DNA of 64,000 nucleotides from Chitinophagaceae bacterium (GTDB lineage Bacteria; Bacteroidota; Bacteroidia; Chitinophagales; Chitinophagaceae): NCBI GenBank assembly GCA_009996675.1, contig JAACZQ010000005.1, positions 7,948 to 71,947 of the forward strand, read 5' to 3'. Shown piece by piece: positions 48,349 to 57,877 of this stretch (position 1 is its first letter; each line of letters starts with the position of its first letter). The notes under the pieces were generated by a model. It saw only the letters and a program-made list of their open reading frames with translations, ran no database searches and was not told where the DNA came from. The position numbers and the translations under genes were made by a program.

Positions 48349-49664
48349 AAATCGTTGGCTTGTCTTTCTATACGTAATGATGCGACAAATGCTGGGTCAT
48401 TCGAGAAACGTTCCTCTAATTCATTTAATTTGTTTCTTAACTCTTCTGTTTGTTTGTCAGTTTTGCTCGTTTTACCCTGCTGTACTAAAGCATAGTACTC
48501 TTCCGCAACCTTTTGCATTTCTAAAAACGCTTCGCTTCGTGGCACATCTTCAACACCCATTTCATTTGCAGCAACATCCTCTATACCTTTCATATCAGGG
48601 TCACCATCCTTTTTAATTTGCTCATCAAGAATTATTAATTCTTCAGACTTCAGCGATTGAACGATAAAAGGGGAATGTGTGGTGGCAACAAATTGAATAT
48701 TAGGGAAACCCTGCTTCAAATCTTCCACAATTCTCTTTTGCCAATTAGGATGAAGATTTAAATCAAGTTCATCAATCAATACAATTCCCGGAGTTTGTTT
48801 CACTGCATTTTCGCCCAAATGAGGATTAAGCTTTATACAGCGATACGCAATATCAGCAACCATTCCAATAATGTTTCTGTAACCATCACTCAATTGTTTA
48901 AACTGTAGTTTTTCCCTTTTGCCATTTGGGGTAAGAAAAACACCTACAAGGTCTTCAGCTGCAAAGCTGTAGGCCATCTCTTGCCAATGATTATCAGGAA
49001 TCATGGAGATAACGGTACTATTGAATGCCTTCAGCAACACCTTATCACTTTCCTGATCAAATTTTCTTATCTCATCCTCATACGTCTTGTACCAGGAAAG
49101 GAACTCTTTGCTTGAAGATTTTGGAGAAAGACAATTTAAATAGGCTTGTGAAACACCCTCCTCTGTTTTTTTATATACAGCTTTCTTTTCTTCATGCTGT
49201 GCCCATAATCTGCCGGTGCCATGATAAGCTATTACAGGAAAAGTCACTTTTTCACCAGAACGCCTTGCTCTGAGCATCTTTTCTGCTATGCTTTCAATAT
49301 TTTTAGCTTTAACAAATGTTGTAGTGGTTTTTTTGGGAGAAAGCTTGTCTACAGTTCTTAACCATCCCTCTTCAATATTCTCACCTGCTACTTCGCCAAA
49401 TGCATGTACTTCAGCGGGTAACTGAGGGAGCGGCTCACCATCATTTGTAATTATCCGAATCTCATTCTTATCTATCCCTCTGGATTCTATTGTCGCCACA
49501 TCTATCCCTCTAAGGAAGCTGCCAGAAGCAACAGCCAAAGCGTCAAGTACAGAAGTCTTACCTTTTGCATTATCTCCGATAAATACTGTAAAATGAGGAT
49601 TTAGCAGAAAGGTTTCCTCCTCAAAACCCTTAAAGTTCTTTATTCTTAATTTGTCTATCCTCAT
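48345..49664 (-). CDS. ptuA: PtuA-like ABC/AAA ATPase
   Basis: NFKGF, GDNAKGKT Walker A, IAYHGTGR, QLSDGYR signature, LIDELDLNLHPNWQ and TTHSP. Confidence 0.88.
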   Translation of the reverse strand: MRIDKLRIKNFKGFEEETFLLNPHFTVFIGDNAKGKTSVLDALAVASGSFLRGIDVATIESRGIDKNEIRIITNDGEPLPQLPAEVHAFGEVAGENIEEGWLRTVDKLSPKKTTTTFVKAKNIESIAEKMLRARRSGEKVTFPVIAYHGTGRLWAQHEEKKAVYKKTEEGVSQAYLNCLSPKSSSKEFLSWYKTYEDEIRKFDQESDKVLLKAFNSTVISMIPDNHWQEMAYSFAAEDLVGVFLTPNGKREKLQFKQLSDGYRNIIGMVADIAYRCIKLNPHLGENAVKQTPGIVLIDELDLNLHPNWQKRIVEDLKQGFPNIQFVATTHSPFIVQSLKSEELIILDEQIKKDGDPDMKGIEDVAANEMGVEDVPRSEAFLEMQKVAEEYYALVQQGKTSKTDKQTEELRNKLNELEERFSNDPAFVASLRIERQANDL

Positions 49665-49666
49665 GA

Positions 49667-51658
49667 TTATGAAATTATATCGTTTAATAAACCCTCGGTT
49701 TCCCTTTCCAGCTGCATAATCTCCTCTGTGATGGCAGCCACACTTCGTAATGGCTGATAGCGATAGAAAATTTTGGTAAAGGATACTTCATAACCTTTAA
49801 CCGTTTTGGAGTGGTCAATCCATGCATCAGGCACAAAGGGCCACACTTCCTTTTCAAAATACTCCTGCACATTTTGCTTTACAGGAACACTCTCGTAATC
49901 CCGCAATTCAGGGTCGGCTTCATAAATCACTTCGTCTTTGTTCTGCTTTTTGATAACAGGTTTGGCTTCTCCATCACGCCATGACAAAGCATCTAAAAAT
50001 GTTTTCTTCTCTTTTGGCTTCCACGTCAATGACAACTTCTTTAGCTGTGTATCTAATGCAGACAATAGTTGATTGAAGTCGTTTTGAACAGCAGTGCCAA
50101 ACTGCTTTTGCAATGTTTTGAGTACCGGCAAATAGTAATCTGTATCCTCCATTGCAGATAGCTTTTCTTCTGTTAGCTGCCATGCCAAACGCAAAGGCCG
50201 TTCTACCGTAATACTCCAATAGGCAAAGTCATCGTTTTCAAAAATTCTGCTGATTTCGTTTTGTTGAAAATCTTTAAATGCATCTGCAATTTGTTGGATA
50301 TGGGTTTCCGTCAATTCATTTGACTTGCTGCCTAAACCCTTTCGCATTTTGCTGTAGATACCAGAGGCATCAATCAGTTGAACTTTACCTTTTCTTCTTT
50401 CCTCTTTTTTGTTACTCAACACCCATATATACGTTGCGATGCCAGTGTTATAAAACATATCATTGGGCAACTGAATGATTGCTTCGAGTAAATCGTTTTC
50501 AATGATGTACTTTCTGATTTCGCTTTCACCACCTCCTGCTTCACCTGTAAACAATGACGAGCCGTTATGTACGGAAGCAATTCGACTGCCTATTTCGCTA
50601 TCGGCCTTCATTTTGGAGACCATGTTCATCAAGAACAGTAACTGGCCATCACTAACTCTTGGCACTCCAACACTAAAGCGACTATCAAGAATCTCTTTTG
50701 TCTTTGAATCAACAATGCTGTCCTGGTCAACCTTCCATGTTTTACCATAAGGTGGGTTAGACAGCATAAAGTCAAACTTTAGCTTGGGGAAGCCATCATT
50801 TGACAATGTAGAACCAAAAGCAATTTTCTCCGGGTCTTCTTCTTTAATGAGCATATCTGCTTTGCAGATTGCAAATGTTTCAGGGTTCACTTCCTGACCG
50901 TATAAATGGTAGGTTGCTTTGGGATTTATTTCCAATGCAAAATGTTCTGCTTCCGTAAGCATACCACCACTACCACAAGCAGGGTCATAAATGAGATAAG
51001 TACCTTGTTTGATTTTATTTTTGACGGGTTCAAAAATGAGATGGGTCATCAACTTAATGATTTCCCTTGGTGTGAAGTGTTCACCAGCTTCTTCGTTGTT
51101 TTCTTCATTGAACTTGCGAATAAGCTCCTCAAAAACATATCCCATTCCCAGATTACTCAATCCTTCATGCACAATGTTTCCATCCTTATCTTTCACCGCT
51201 ACCGGACTAAGGTTGATTTGAAAAGAACAGAATTTTTCAATCAATGGAAAAGTGATATTGCCTTCTTCAAGCGTATCCAACTGATTACGCAATTTGAATT
51301 TGCTAATGATGTCCTGCACATCTGAACTAAAGCCATCCAGATAATTTTCAAGGTTCTGCCGAATGTTTGCAGGGTCATTCAGTAACTTCTTGAAAGTGTA
51401 CTTAGAAGTGTTGTAAAAAACGTATCCTGATACCTTTCTTAGCTGTGGTGACTGATTTTCGATTTTCAACTTATTGAGTTGCTCATGCATTTCAATCACC
51501 TTGTCTTTTGAAGGCTCCAGCAAAGCATCCAACCTGCGCAATACCGTGAATGGCAGAATTATGTCTCTGTATTTGCCTCGGGTGTAAACGTCACGAAGCA
51601 CATCATCGGCAATGCCCCAGATAAAGTTGACAATTTGATTATGTTGGATATGGTTCAT
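49667..51658 (-). CDS. hsdM: Type I restriction enzyme methyltransferase (m6A)
   Basis: IWGIADDVLR N-domain; GEHFTPR, YDPACGSGGML and SNPPY motifs. Confidence 0.96.
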   Translation of the reverse strand: MNHIQHNQIVNFIWGIADDVLRDVYTRGKYRDIILPFTVLRRLDALLEPSKDKVIEMHEQLNKLKIENQSPQLRKVSGYVFYNTSKYTFKKLLNDPANIRQNLENYLDGFSSDVQDIISKFKLRNQLDTLEEGNITFPLIEKFCSFQINLSPVAVKDKDGNIVHEGLSNLGMGYVFEELIRKFNEENNEEAGEHFTPREIIKLMTHLIFEPVKNKIKQGTYLIYDPACGSGGMLTEAEHFALEINPKATYHLYGQEVNPETFAICKADMLIKEEDPEKIAFGSTLSNDGFPKLKFDFMLSNPPYGKTWKVDQDSIVDSKTKEILDSRFSVGVPRVSDGQLLFLMNMVSKMKADSEIGSRIASVHNGSSLFTGEAGGGESEIRKYIIENDLLEAIIQLPNDMFYNTGIATYIWVLSNKKEERRKGKVQLIDASGIYSKMRKGLGSKSNELTETHIQQIADAFKDFQQNEISRIFENDDFAYWSITVERPLRLAWQLTEEKLSAMEDTDYYLPVLKTLQKQFGTAVQNDFNQLLSALDTQLKKLSLTWKPKEKKTFLDALSWRDGEAKPVIKKQNKDEVIYEADPELRDYESVPVKQNVQEYFEKEVWPFVPDAWIDHSKTVKGYEVSFTKIFYRYQPLRSVAAITEEIMQLERETEGLLNDIIS

Positions 51659-51871
51659 GTGAGTCTATAATTCAAATTCTTATTAGCGTTAATTCAGAAA
51701 AATAGAAAATGTAGCTAAATATTCATATAGTATTTAAACAATATTTATTAGGGTCTGCCTAAAAATGCATTAGAATCAAATATATTATTATAAAGCACTT
51801 CTTTATTTATAATAAAAATCGGTTATTTAATTCAAACCGCCCAATTCTCTTTTGATTTAGGGAAGCATACA

Positions 51872-52069
51872 ATGGCAACCATGTGGATTCCCGGCAATGA
51901 TTCTGATTCGTGGGAAAACCTTACTCAGTTCAATCCTTATTTAAAGGATAAAGCATCACTAACATTGTCGGGTATCGAGATGGTTATAGATTATAAACAC
52001 CCAATTAATCCAAATTCATATCAAAAAGATTGGGAAGACATTAAAAAAGGAAACATTAAGAAAAGATAG
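51872..52069 (+). CDS. Small hypothetical ORF or gene remnant
   Basis: 65-aa ATG ORF in an AT-rich island edge; no family recognised. Confidence 0.3.
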   Translation: MATMWIPGNDSDSWENLTQFNPYLKDKASLTLSGIEMVIDYKHPINPNSYQKDWEDIKKGNIKKR

Positions 52070-52101
52070 CGTTGTGCGCACTGTTCTGTGCACCAAATAG
52101 A

Positions 52102-52126
52102 AAAACCCACGACCAGCGTGGGTTTT
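52102..52126. terminator. tRNA-Phe terminator
   Basis: AAAACCCACG-accag-CGTGGGTTTT, 12 nt beyond the tRNA 3' end. Confidence 0.75.
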
Positions 52127-52138
52127 ATCTTTTAAACG

Positions 52139-52211
52139 TGGTGTGGGCCGGGATCGAACCGGCGACACAAGGATTTTCAGTCCTTTGCTCTACCGACTGA
52201 GCTACCGCACC
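52139..52211 (-). tRNA. tRNA-Phe(GAA)
   Basis: Reverse complement GGTGCGGTAGCTCAGTCGGTAGAGCAAAGGACTGAAAATCCTTGTGTCGCCGGTTCGATCCCGGCCCACACCA; canonical cloverleaf; TATTTTTG promoter upstream. Confidence 0.96.
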
Positions 52212-52301
52212 ATTTCCTTTCGGGGCAGCAAAAATAGGGGTATTTCACAAATAATCCACAATGAAACGGTATTTTTTCTTCCAAAACCGGGGGGAAGAGG
52301 A

Positions 52302-52525
52302 TAGTGAGTAGGCAGTAGTGAGCAGTGAGTAATAGGAGGTGAAAGAGCCTTTCCGCCTCAAGCGGATGAAACGGATAGTTCAGATTTTCATCATTTTTCT
52401 TTTACCCTTCCCAACTGATAAGTTATCACCCAGGGAAGCTACCCTTTCACATTTGACCTTTCACTTTTCACCCCACACTCACTACTGACTGCTCACTACT
52501 CACTTATCCGCCAAAGGCGGATTCC
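52302..52525. repeat. Inverted heptamer arrays (TAGTGAG / CTCACTA) plus ATCCGCC-aaa-GGCGGAT palindrome
   Basis: Four heptamers at 52302-52329 and four in the opposite orientation at 52478-52505. Confidence 0.7.
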
Positions 52526-53973
52526 TAAAACTCACAGTTCTTGGGCGTCCGCGCAAAGGGAATTACATCACGGATATTACCCATGCCCGTTACAAACTGT
52601 ACCATCCGCTCAAAGCCCAGTCCGAATCCCGCATGGGGTACGGTACCAAAGCGGCGGGTATCCAGGTACCAGCTCATTTCTTCGGCAGGAATATGCATGG
52701 CGGCCATACGTGCTTCCAGTTTATCGAGACGCTCCTCCCGCTGCGAACCACCCACAATTTCTCCAATACCAGGCGCCAGGATATCCATGGCCGCCACGGT
52801 TTCAAAACCAGGCTCACAACCATCATTCAGGCGCATATAAAAAGCTTTGATGGCTGCAGGATAGCCGGTAACAATCACCGGTTTTTTAAAGTGTTTTTCT
52901 ACCAGGTAGCGCTCATGCTCACTCTGCATATCAATACCCCACTTCACATCGTACTTAAATTTCTTTTTCTTGTAGGCAGGAGAGTCGAGCAGAATATTAA
53001 TTGCTTCGGTATACGTAATCCGTTCAAAACTATTGTCCACTACAAAACGCAGTTTCTCCAGCAAGCCAAACTCCTGGCGCTCGTTCTGGGGTTTCTGCTT
53101 TTCTTCCTCGGCCAGCCGCTGATCCAGGAATGCCAGGTCCTCGGCATTATGCTCCATCACATAGCGGATCAGGTATTGGATGAACTCTTCGGCCAGGTTC
53201 ATATTGTCTTCAATATCATGAAAAGCCATTTCCGGTTCAATCATCCAGAACTCTGCCAGGTGACGGGTAGTATTGGAATTCTCGGCACGGAAAGTGGGAC
53301 CAAATGTGTAGATATCACTGAAAGCCATGGCACCCAGTTCTCCTTCCAGTTGTCCGCTTACGGTAAGATTGGTGCTCTTGCCAAAAAAGTCTTCCGCAAA
53401 ATCAATATTACCATCGTCTTTACGCGGGGGATTATCAAAAGGCAGGGTGGTCACGCGGAACATTTCACCCGCACCTTCTGCATCACTGGCGGTGATGATG
53501 GGTGTATGCAGGTACACAAAACCCCGCTCATTGAAAAACTGGTGCACGGCAAAAGCCAGGCTATGGCGGATGCGGAAAACGGCGCCAAATGTATTGGTAC
53601 GGAATCGGAGATGTGCGATCTCGCGCAGGAATTCCAGGCTGTGTTTCTTGGGCTGCAGGGGATAGCGGTCGGCATCACTGTCGCCCAGTATGGTTACAGT
53701 TTGCGCTTTCAGCTCCACCGACTGGCCCTTACCCGGGGAAGGAACCACTTCACCCGTTACTTTCAGCGAAGCGCCGGTCGTAATGCGTTTGAGGGTAGCT
53801 TCATCCAGCAAACCCAGTTCGGTTACAATCTGCAGGTTATGATTGGTACTGCCATCATTCAGGGCAATAAACTGGTTATTACGAAAAGTACGCACCCAGC
53901 CCATCACGGTTACCTGGTGTCCGGTTGCCCCGCTGCTCAGCAGGGCCTTGATTTTAATACGCTTGTTAAACAT
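52525..53973 (-). CDS. asnS: Asparagine--tRNA ligase
   Basis: GWVRTFR OB fold; [40 protein letters not shown] and GFGLGFER motifs; start taken at MFNKR. Confidence 0.97.
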   Translation of the reverse strand: MFNKRIKIKALLSSGATGHQVTVMGWVRTFRNNQFIALNDGSTNHNLQIVTELGLLDEATLKRITTGASLKVTGEVVPSPGKGQSVELKAQTVTILGDSDADRYPLQPKKHSLEFLREIAHLRFRTNTFGAVFRIRHSLAFAVHQFFNERGFVYLHTPIITASDAEGAGEMFRVTTLPFDNPPRKDDGNIDFAEDFFGKSTNLTVSGQLEGELGAMAFSDIYTFGPTFRAENSNTTRHLAEFWMIEPEMAFHDIEDNMNLAEEFIQYLIRYVMEHNAEDLAFLDQRLAEEEKQKPQNERQEFGLLEKLRFVVDNSFERITYTEAINILLDSPAYKKKKFKYDVKWGIDMQSEHERYLVEKHFKKPVIVTGYPAAIKAFYMRLNDGCEPGFETVAAMDILAPGIGEIVGGSQREERLDKLEARMAAMHIPAEEMSWYLDTRRFGTVPHAGFGLGFERMVQFVTGMGNIRDVIPFARTPKNCEF

Positions 53974-54143
53974 TGCTTGCACTGCGCCGGGAATAGCCAA
54001 CGGCGCCCTGCAAATATACGAGACCTGTATGCAATGACAGCCAGGAAGGCCCATTTACGAGTCGGCCCGGGTTAATTTCTGCCTTACACCATAATTTCCG
54101 TAATTTGTACGAATCCAATATCTCGTCCGCAAGACCCCCGTAT

Positions 54144-55127
54144 ATGAACCCTATCCTGTTTCAAACACTGGTAGAACATACCAGCGATGCCGTTTTCATA
54201 GCACGTGTAAAGGACGATTCCTTTATCATGGAATATGTGAACGATGCCTATCTGCGCAAATTCAAGCTGGGCCGGGCAGCTGTTGTAGAACAGGACCTGC
54301 GGCAATTTCTCCCCGATAATCTCTACACGCTGGTACGGGAACGTTTCCTGGAATGCATGGCCAGTAATACCACCCTTATTTCCGAAGAAGATATAGTAGT
54401 GAACAATTATCGCCTGGCCTGTCTGAACGAGATCTTTCCGGTACACGATACCGCCGGAACCATCACCCACCTGGTTTGTATATCCAAGAATATCTATGAG
54501 TTGAAAAAGCAGCGCGACCTGCTCATGGAATCGGAAAAAACCATGTTTGCCATCATCAACAGTTCCGATAATATTCTCATTTACCTGGGACTGGATCACC
54601 GGATCAAATACCTGAACCGCAAAGCACAACAACATGCCCAGCGTATGTTTGGCCGGGAATTACAGATCGGTGAAAAACTGTCGGAATTATACCCGGCAGA
54701 AGAACTGGGCTCCGCTCTGCAGCATGTGCAGCAGCTGATCGAAACCCGCAAAACGGTTGCCTACGAGCATTCCTTTACCTATCCCGATGGTGAGCAGGTC
54801 TGGTTTCTGCGGCGCTATTATGCTGTCTGGGACGATACAGAACAAATAGCAGGCGTAGTCATTGCCTCCATTGATATTACCGAACGAAAAAACCACGAGT
54901 TACAGATACAAAAACATGCTGATGTATTGCGCGAGATCGCCAAAATACAATCACACGAAATCCGTCGCCCCGTAGCCAATATCATGGGTCTGACGGAACT
55001 GATTGATTTAAAAAACAAAAGCGAGGAAGAGAACCAGACAGTGCTCCGGTACCTGCGCAGCAGCGCCGAAGAGCTGGATAGGCTGATCAATCAGATTGTG
55101 CATAAAACCGGTGATAATCAGCCTTAA
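54144..55127 (+). CDS. Double-PAS protein with HisKA-like tail, no HATPase
   Basis: Two PAS/PAC repeats (YVNDAY, YLNRKA...DITERK) and SHEIRRPVANI; the ORF ends without N/G boxes. Confidence 0.8.
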   Translation: MNPILFQTLVEHTSDAVFIARVKDDSFIMEYVNDAYLRKFKLGRAAVVEQDLRQFLPDNLYTLVRERFLECMASNTTLISEEDIVVNNYRLACLNEIFPVHDTAGTITHLVCISKNIYELKKQRDLLMESEKTMFAIINSSDNILIYLGLDHRIKYLNRKAQQHAQRMFGRELQIGEKLSELYPAEELGSALQHVQQLIETRKTVAYEHSFTYPDGEQVWFLRRYYAVWDDTEQIAGVVIASIDITERKNHELQIQKHADVLREIAKIQSHEIRRPVANIMGLTELIDLKNKSEEENQTVLRYLRSSAEELDRLINQIVHKTGDNQP

Positions 55128-55355
55128 AATGGCATAAAACCGCTGTTTTCGCCGAATTTTTTATTTTATTTTTCATTTTTTGACTTAACATTGCACCGGA
55201 AACCAAGCTGATCTCGTCCTTGTTAGCTCTCGACAACAATCAGTTTATCCTCTTTCCGATCAACAACCATACCTGTAGTTTTCCGATCTGAGTTTGTATT
55301 CCCTTGGACTGGAGTTTGAATGATGATCATTTGATTTTTCCAATTAAGAGTATTT

Positions 55356-56957
55356 ATGTACGACATTTTGCAATTAAACGACATGCTATTGCCTGAGCTG
55401 CTGGACATTGCCGAGCAGCTGCGCATCCCCGGCGCCAAAAAACTGGATAAGCAGGGTTTGATTTACAAGATCCTGGACAGCCAGGCCGTTCAGGCCAGCG
55501 AATCCAAAGAGGATCCGAAGAAAAAATCGGCCCGACCCCGCAAACCCGTAACGCTGAAAACAGCCAACGGTACCGAAGAAGCAGAAATCATGCAGGAAGC
55601 CCCTGCACCCAAAGCGCCCGCTGCTAAAAAAGCACCGGCCAAGAAATCAGCCCGCCCCGAGAAATCGCCAAAGCCCGATAACCATACCGAAAACGCCACT
55701 GCTGGCGAAACCGGTACAGATACTGCCACCGAAGCCACAGCCAACCTCACCGAAGAAAGCAATAACCTGGTACAGGAAGCGCCGCAAATGGCCTATCCCC
55801 AGAAACAAAACCAACGCAAAGAGCCCGCATTCAATATCGAATTTGAAGGCGTGATCCTGGGCGAAGGCGTACTGGAAATGATGCCCGATGGTTATGGCTT
55901 CCTCCGCTCTTCCGATTACAACTACTTATCTTCTCCCGATGATGTATACGTATCTCCCTCCCAGATCAAACTCTTTGGTCTGAAAACAGGCGATACCGTA
56001 CACGGTGCCGTAAGGCCACCCAAAGAAGGAGAAAAATATTTCGCACTGCTGAAAGTAGATACCATCAATGGTAAACGTCCGGATGAAGTGCGCGACCGCG
56101 TTCCCTTCGATTACCTCACACCGCTTTTCCCCCACGAAAAGCTGAACCTCTTCACCACTTCCAACAACTACAGCACCCGCATCATCGACCTGTTTACCCC
56201 CATCGGTAAAGGTCAGCGTGGTCTGATCGTGGCCCAACCCAAAGTGGGTAAAACCATGTTGCTGAAAGAAGTGGCCAATGCCATCGCAGCCAACCACCCC
56301 GAGTGTTACCTGATGGTGGTATTGATTGATGAGCGCCCCGAAGAAGTAACCGATATGGAACGCAGCGTGAAAGCAGAAGTAATTGCTTCCACCTTCGATG
56401 AACCTGCCGAGAAACACGTAAAAGTTTCCACCATCGCCCTGCAGAAAGCCAAGCGACTGGTTGAATGCGGTCACGATGTGGTTATCCTGCTCGACTCTAT
56501 TACCCGTTTGGCCCGTGCTCACAATACCGTAGCCCCCGCCAGTGGTAAAGTACTGAGTGGTGGTGTGGAAGCCAATGCCATGCAGAAACCCAAACAATTC
56601 TTCGGCGCCGCCCGTAAAATTGAACACGGCGGCTCACTCACCATCCTGGCTACCGCCCTGATTGAAACCGGTAGTAAAATGGATGAAGTGATCTTTGAAG
56701 AATTCAAAGGAACCGGTAACATGGAACTGCAGCTCGACCGCCGCCTGGCCAACAAGCGCATCTTCCCGGCCATCGATCTGGTAGCATCTTCTACCCGCCG
56801 CGATGACCTCCTGCTCGACAAAGAAGTATTGCAACGCATGAATATCCTGCGCCTCTTCATCAATGATATGAATACCGAAGAAGCCATGAATGAACTGCTG
56901 AAGCGTATGCGCGGAACCAAAGACAATGAAGAGTTCCTGGCTTCGATGAACCGATAG
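55356..56957 (+). CDS. rho: Transcription termination factor Rho
   Basis: Rho_N, Ala/Lys/Glu-rich insertion, [40 protein letters not shown]. Confidence 0.98.
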   Translation: MYDILQLNDMLLPELLDIAEQLRIPGAKKLDKQGLIYKILDSQAVQASESKEDPKKKSARPRKPVTLKTANGTEEAEIMQEAPAPKAPAAKKAPAKKSARPEKSPKPDNHTENATAGETGTDTATEATANLTEESNNLVQEAPQMAYPQKQNQRKEPAFNIEFEGVILGEGVLEMMPDGYGFLRSSDYNYLSSPDDVYVSPSQIKLFGLKTGDTVHGAVRPPKEGEKYFALLKVDTINGKRPDEVRDRVPFDYLTPLFPHEKLNLFTTSNNYSTRIIDLFTPIGKGQRGLIVAQPKVGKTMLLKEVANAIAANHPECYLMVVLIDERPEEVTDMERSVKAEVIASTFDEPAEKHVKVSTIALQKAKRLVECGHDVVILLDSITRLARAHNTVAPASGKVLSGGVEANAMQKPKQFFGAARKIEHGGSLTILATALIETGSKMDEVIFEEFKGTGNMELQLDRRLANKRIFPAIDLVASSTRRDDLLLDKEVLQRMNILRLFINDMNTEEAMNELLKRMRGTKDNEEFLASMNR

Positions 56958-56976
56958 AAAGACAAAACGTAATATG

Positions 56977-57017
56977 CATAAAAAAGCGGCGGGTATAATA
57001 CCCGCCGCTTTTTTATG
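56977..57017. terminator. Bidirectional terminator after rho
   Basis: Perfect 20-bp inverted repeat CATAAAAAAGCGGCGGGTAT / ATACCCGCCGCTTTTTTATG. Confidence 0.85.
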
Positions 57018-57095
57018 TCAGATCGCAGATCTTTGATTTGTTGTTCTTTGATTGCCTGATTGAAATATCTGCGTAGGGAAAGCCTGCATTTTACG

Positions 57096-57119
57096 CACTA
57101 CTGACTGCTCACTACTCAC
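57096..57119. repeat. Heptamer-family repeat copy
   Basis: CACTACTGACTGCTCACTACTCAC, identical to 52480-52503; overlaps the desaturase stop codon. Confidence 0.75.
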
Positions 57120-57876
57120 GCACGCTTCTCCCCGCAACTTCCTCAAACCTTTCCTCATAATCGCTGCGGATAGTTCCCAACATCCGGTCCCAGAAAAGAA
57201 AATACAATCCATAATTGCCTTTGAAATATTGATGGTGCTGGTTGTGGTTGATGGAAGTGTTGATCCATTTTCCAATACGACTCCTGCTGAACCCCTTTGG
57301 ATAAAGTTCATAGCCAAGATGACCATACACATTGTATACAATCATGAACAGAAAAAAAATCATCAAATGTGTTTTATGTACGGGGAAGCAGAAAAGAAAA
57401 ACAAATAATACCCCGATCTCCACAACCGCCTCCAGCGGATGAAAAGCATAAGCCGCCCAGGGAGATGGGTTGGTGGACTGGTGGTGTACCAGGTGAAACC
57501 ACTTGAACAAAGCTTTGTGGTGCATGAGCCGGTGCGTGAAATAAAAATAGGTGTCGTGCACAAACATCATCAGCGGAAAAGCCAGGAAATAGTATAACCA
57601 GCCATATTGGTGTATATCGCGGTAAAACCAGGTATGCCTGGCAATGGGTTCATAATTGATGGCCAGCAGCGAGATACTGCTGAAAATAGCAATGGTGGAA
57701 GCAGAATACAGCATCTCCCGGATAATATCTTTACTACGCGGAAACTTTTGCTGGATCTTCCGGTAAAAAAACCGACGCTTCCAGATGATGTAAAAAATCA
57801 GGAACGCAATCAATGCCAGTACAAAATAGCGTGTCCCGATCAGGGAGACATTTCTCCAAAAAAAATTCCAGCTCAT
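57112..57876 (-). CDS. Sterol desaturase / fatty-acid hydroxylase family protein
   Basis: His boxes HDTYFYFTHRLMH, HLVHH, FHPLE, GHLGYE, HNQHH. Confidence 0.9.
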   Translation of the reverse strand: MSWNFFWRNVSLIGTRYFVLALIAFLIFYIIWKRRFFYRKIQQKFPRSKDIIREMLYSASTIAIFSSISLLAINYEPIARHTWFYRDIHQYGWLYYFLAFPLMMFVHDTYFYFTHRLMHHKALFKWFHLVHHQSTNPSPWAAYAFHPLEAVVEIGVLFVFLFCFPVHKTHLMIFFLFMIVYNVYGHLGYELYPKGFSRSRIGKWINTSINHNQHHQYFKGNYGLYFLFWDRMLGTIRSDYEERFEEVAGRSVRE

Positions 57877-57877
57877 A

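Noticed and set aside
47626-49664. Retron (type I-A) call for the ATPase + HNH pair
   Set aside because: No reverse transcriptase (no YADD/NAxxH/VTG motifs) and no msr-msd inverted repeat upstream; the genes are coupled directly to hsdM and hsdS.
52633-54075. 480-aa plus-strand ORF, and similar long shadow ORFs over iorB, czcA, the S10 peptidase, polA and DUF5916
   Set aside because: They are antisense to well-supported genes, with no motifs and atypical composition.
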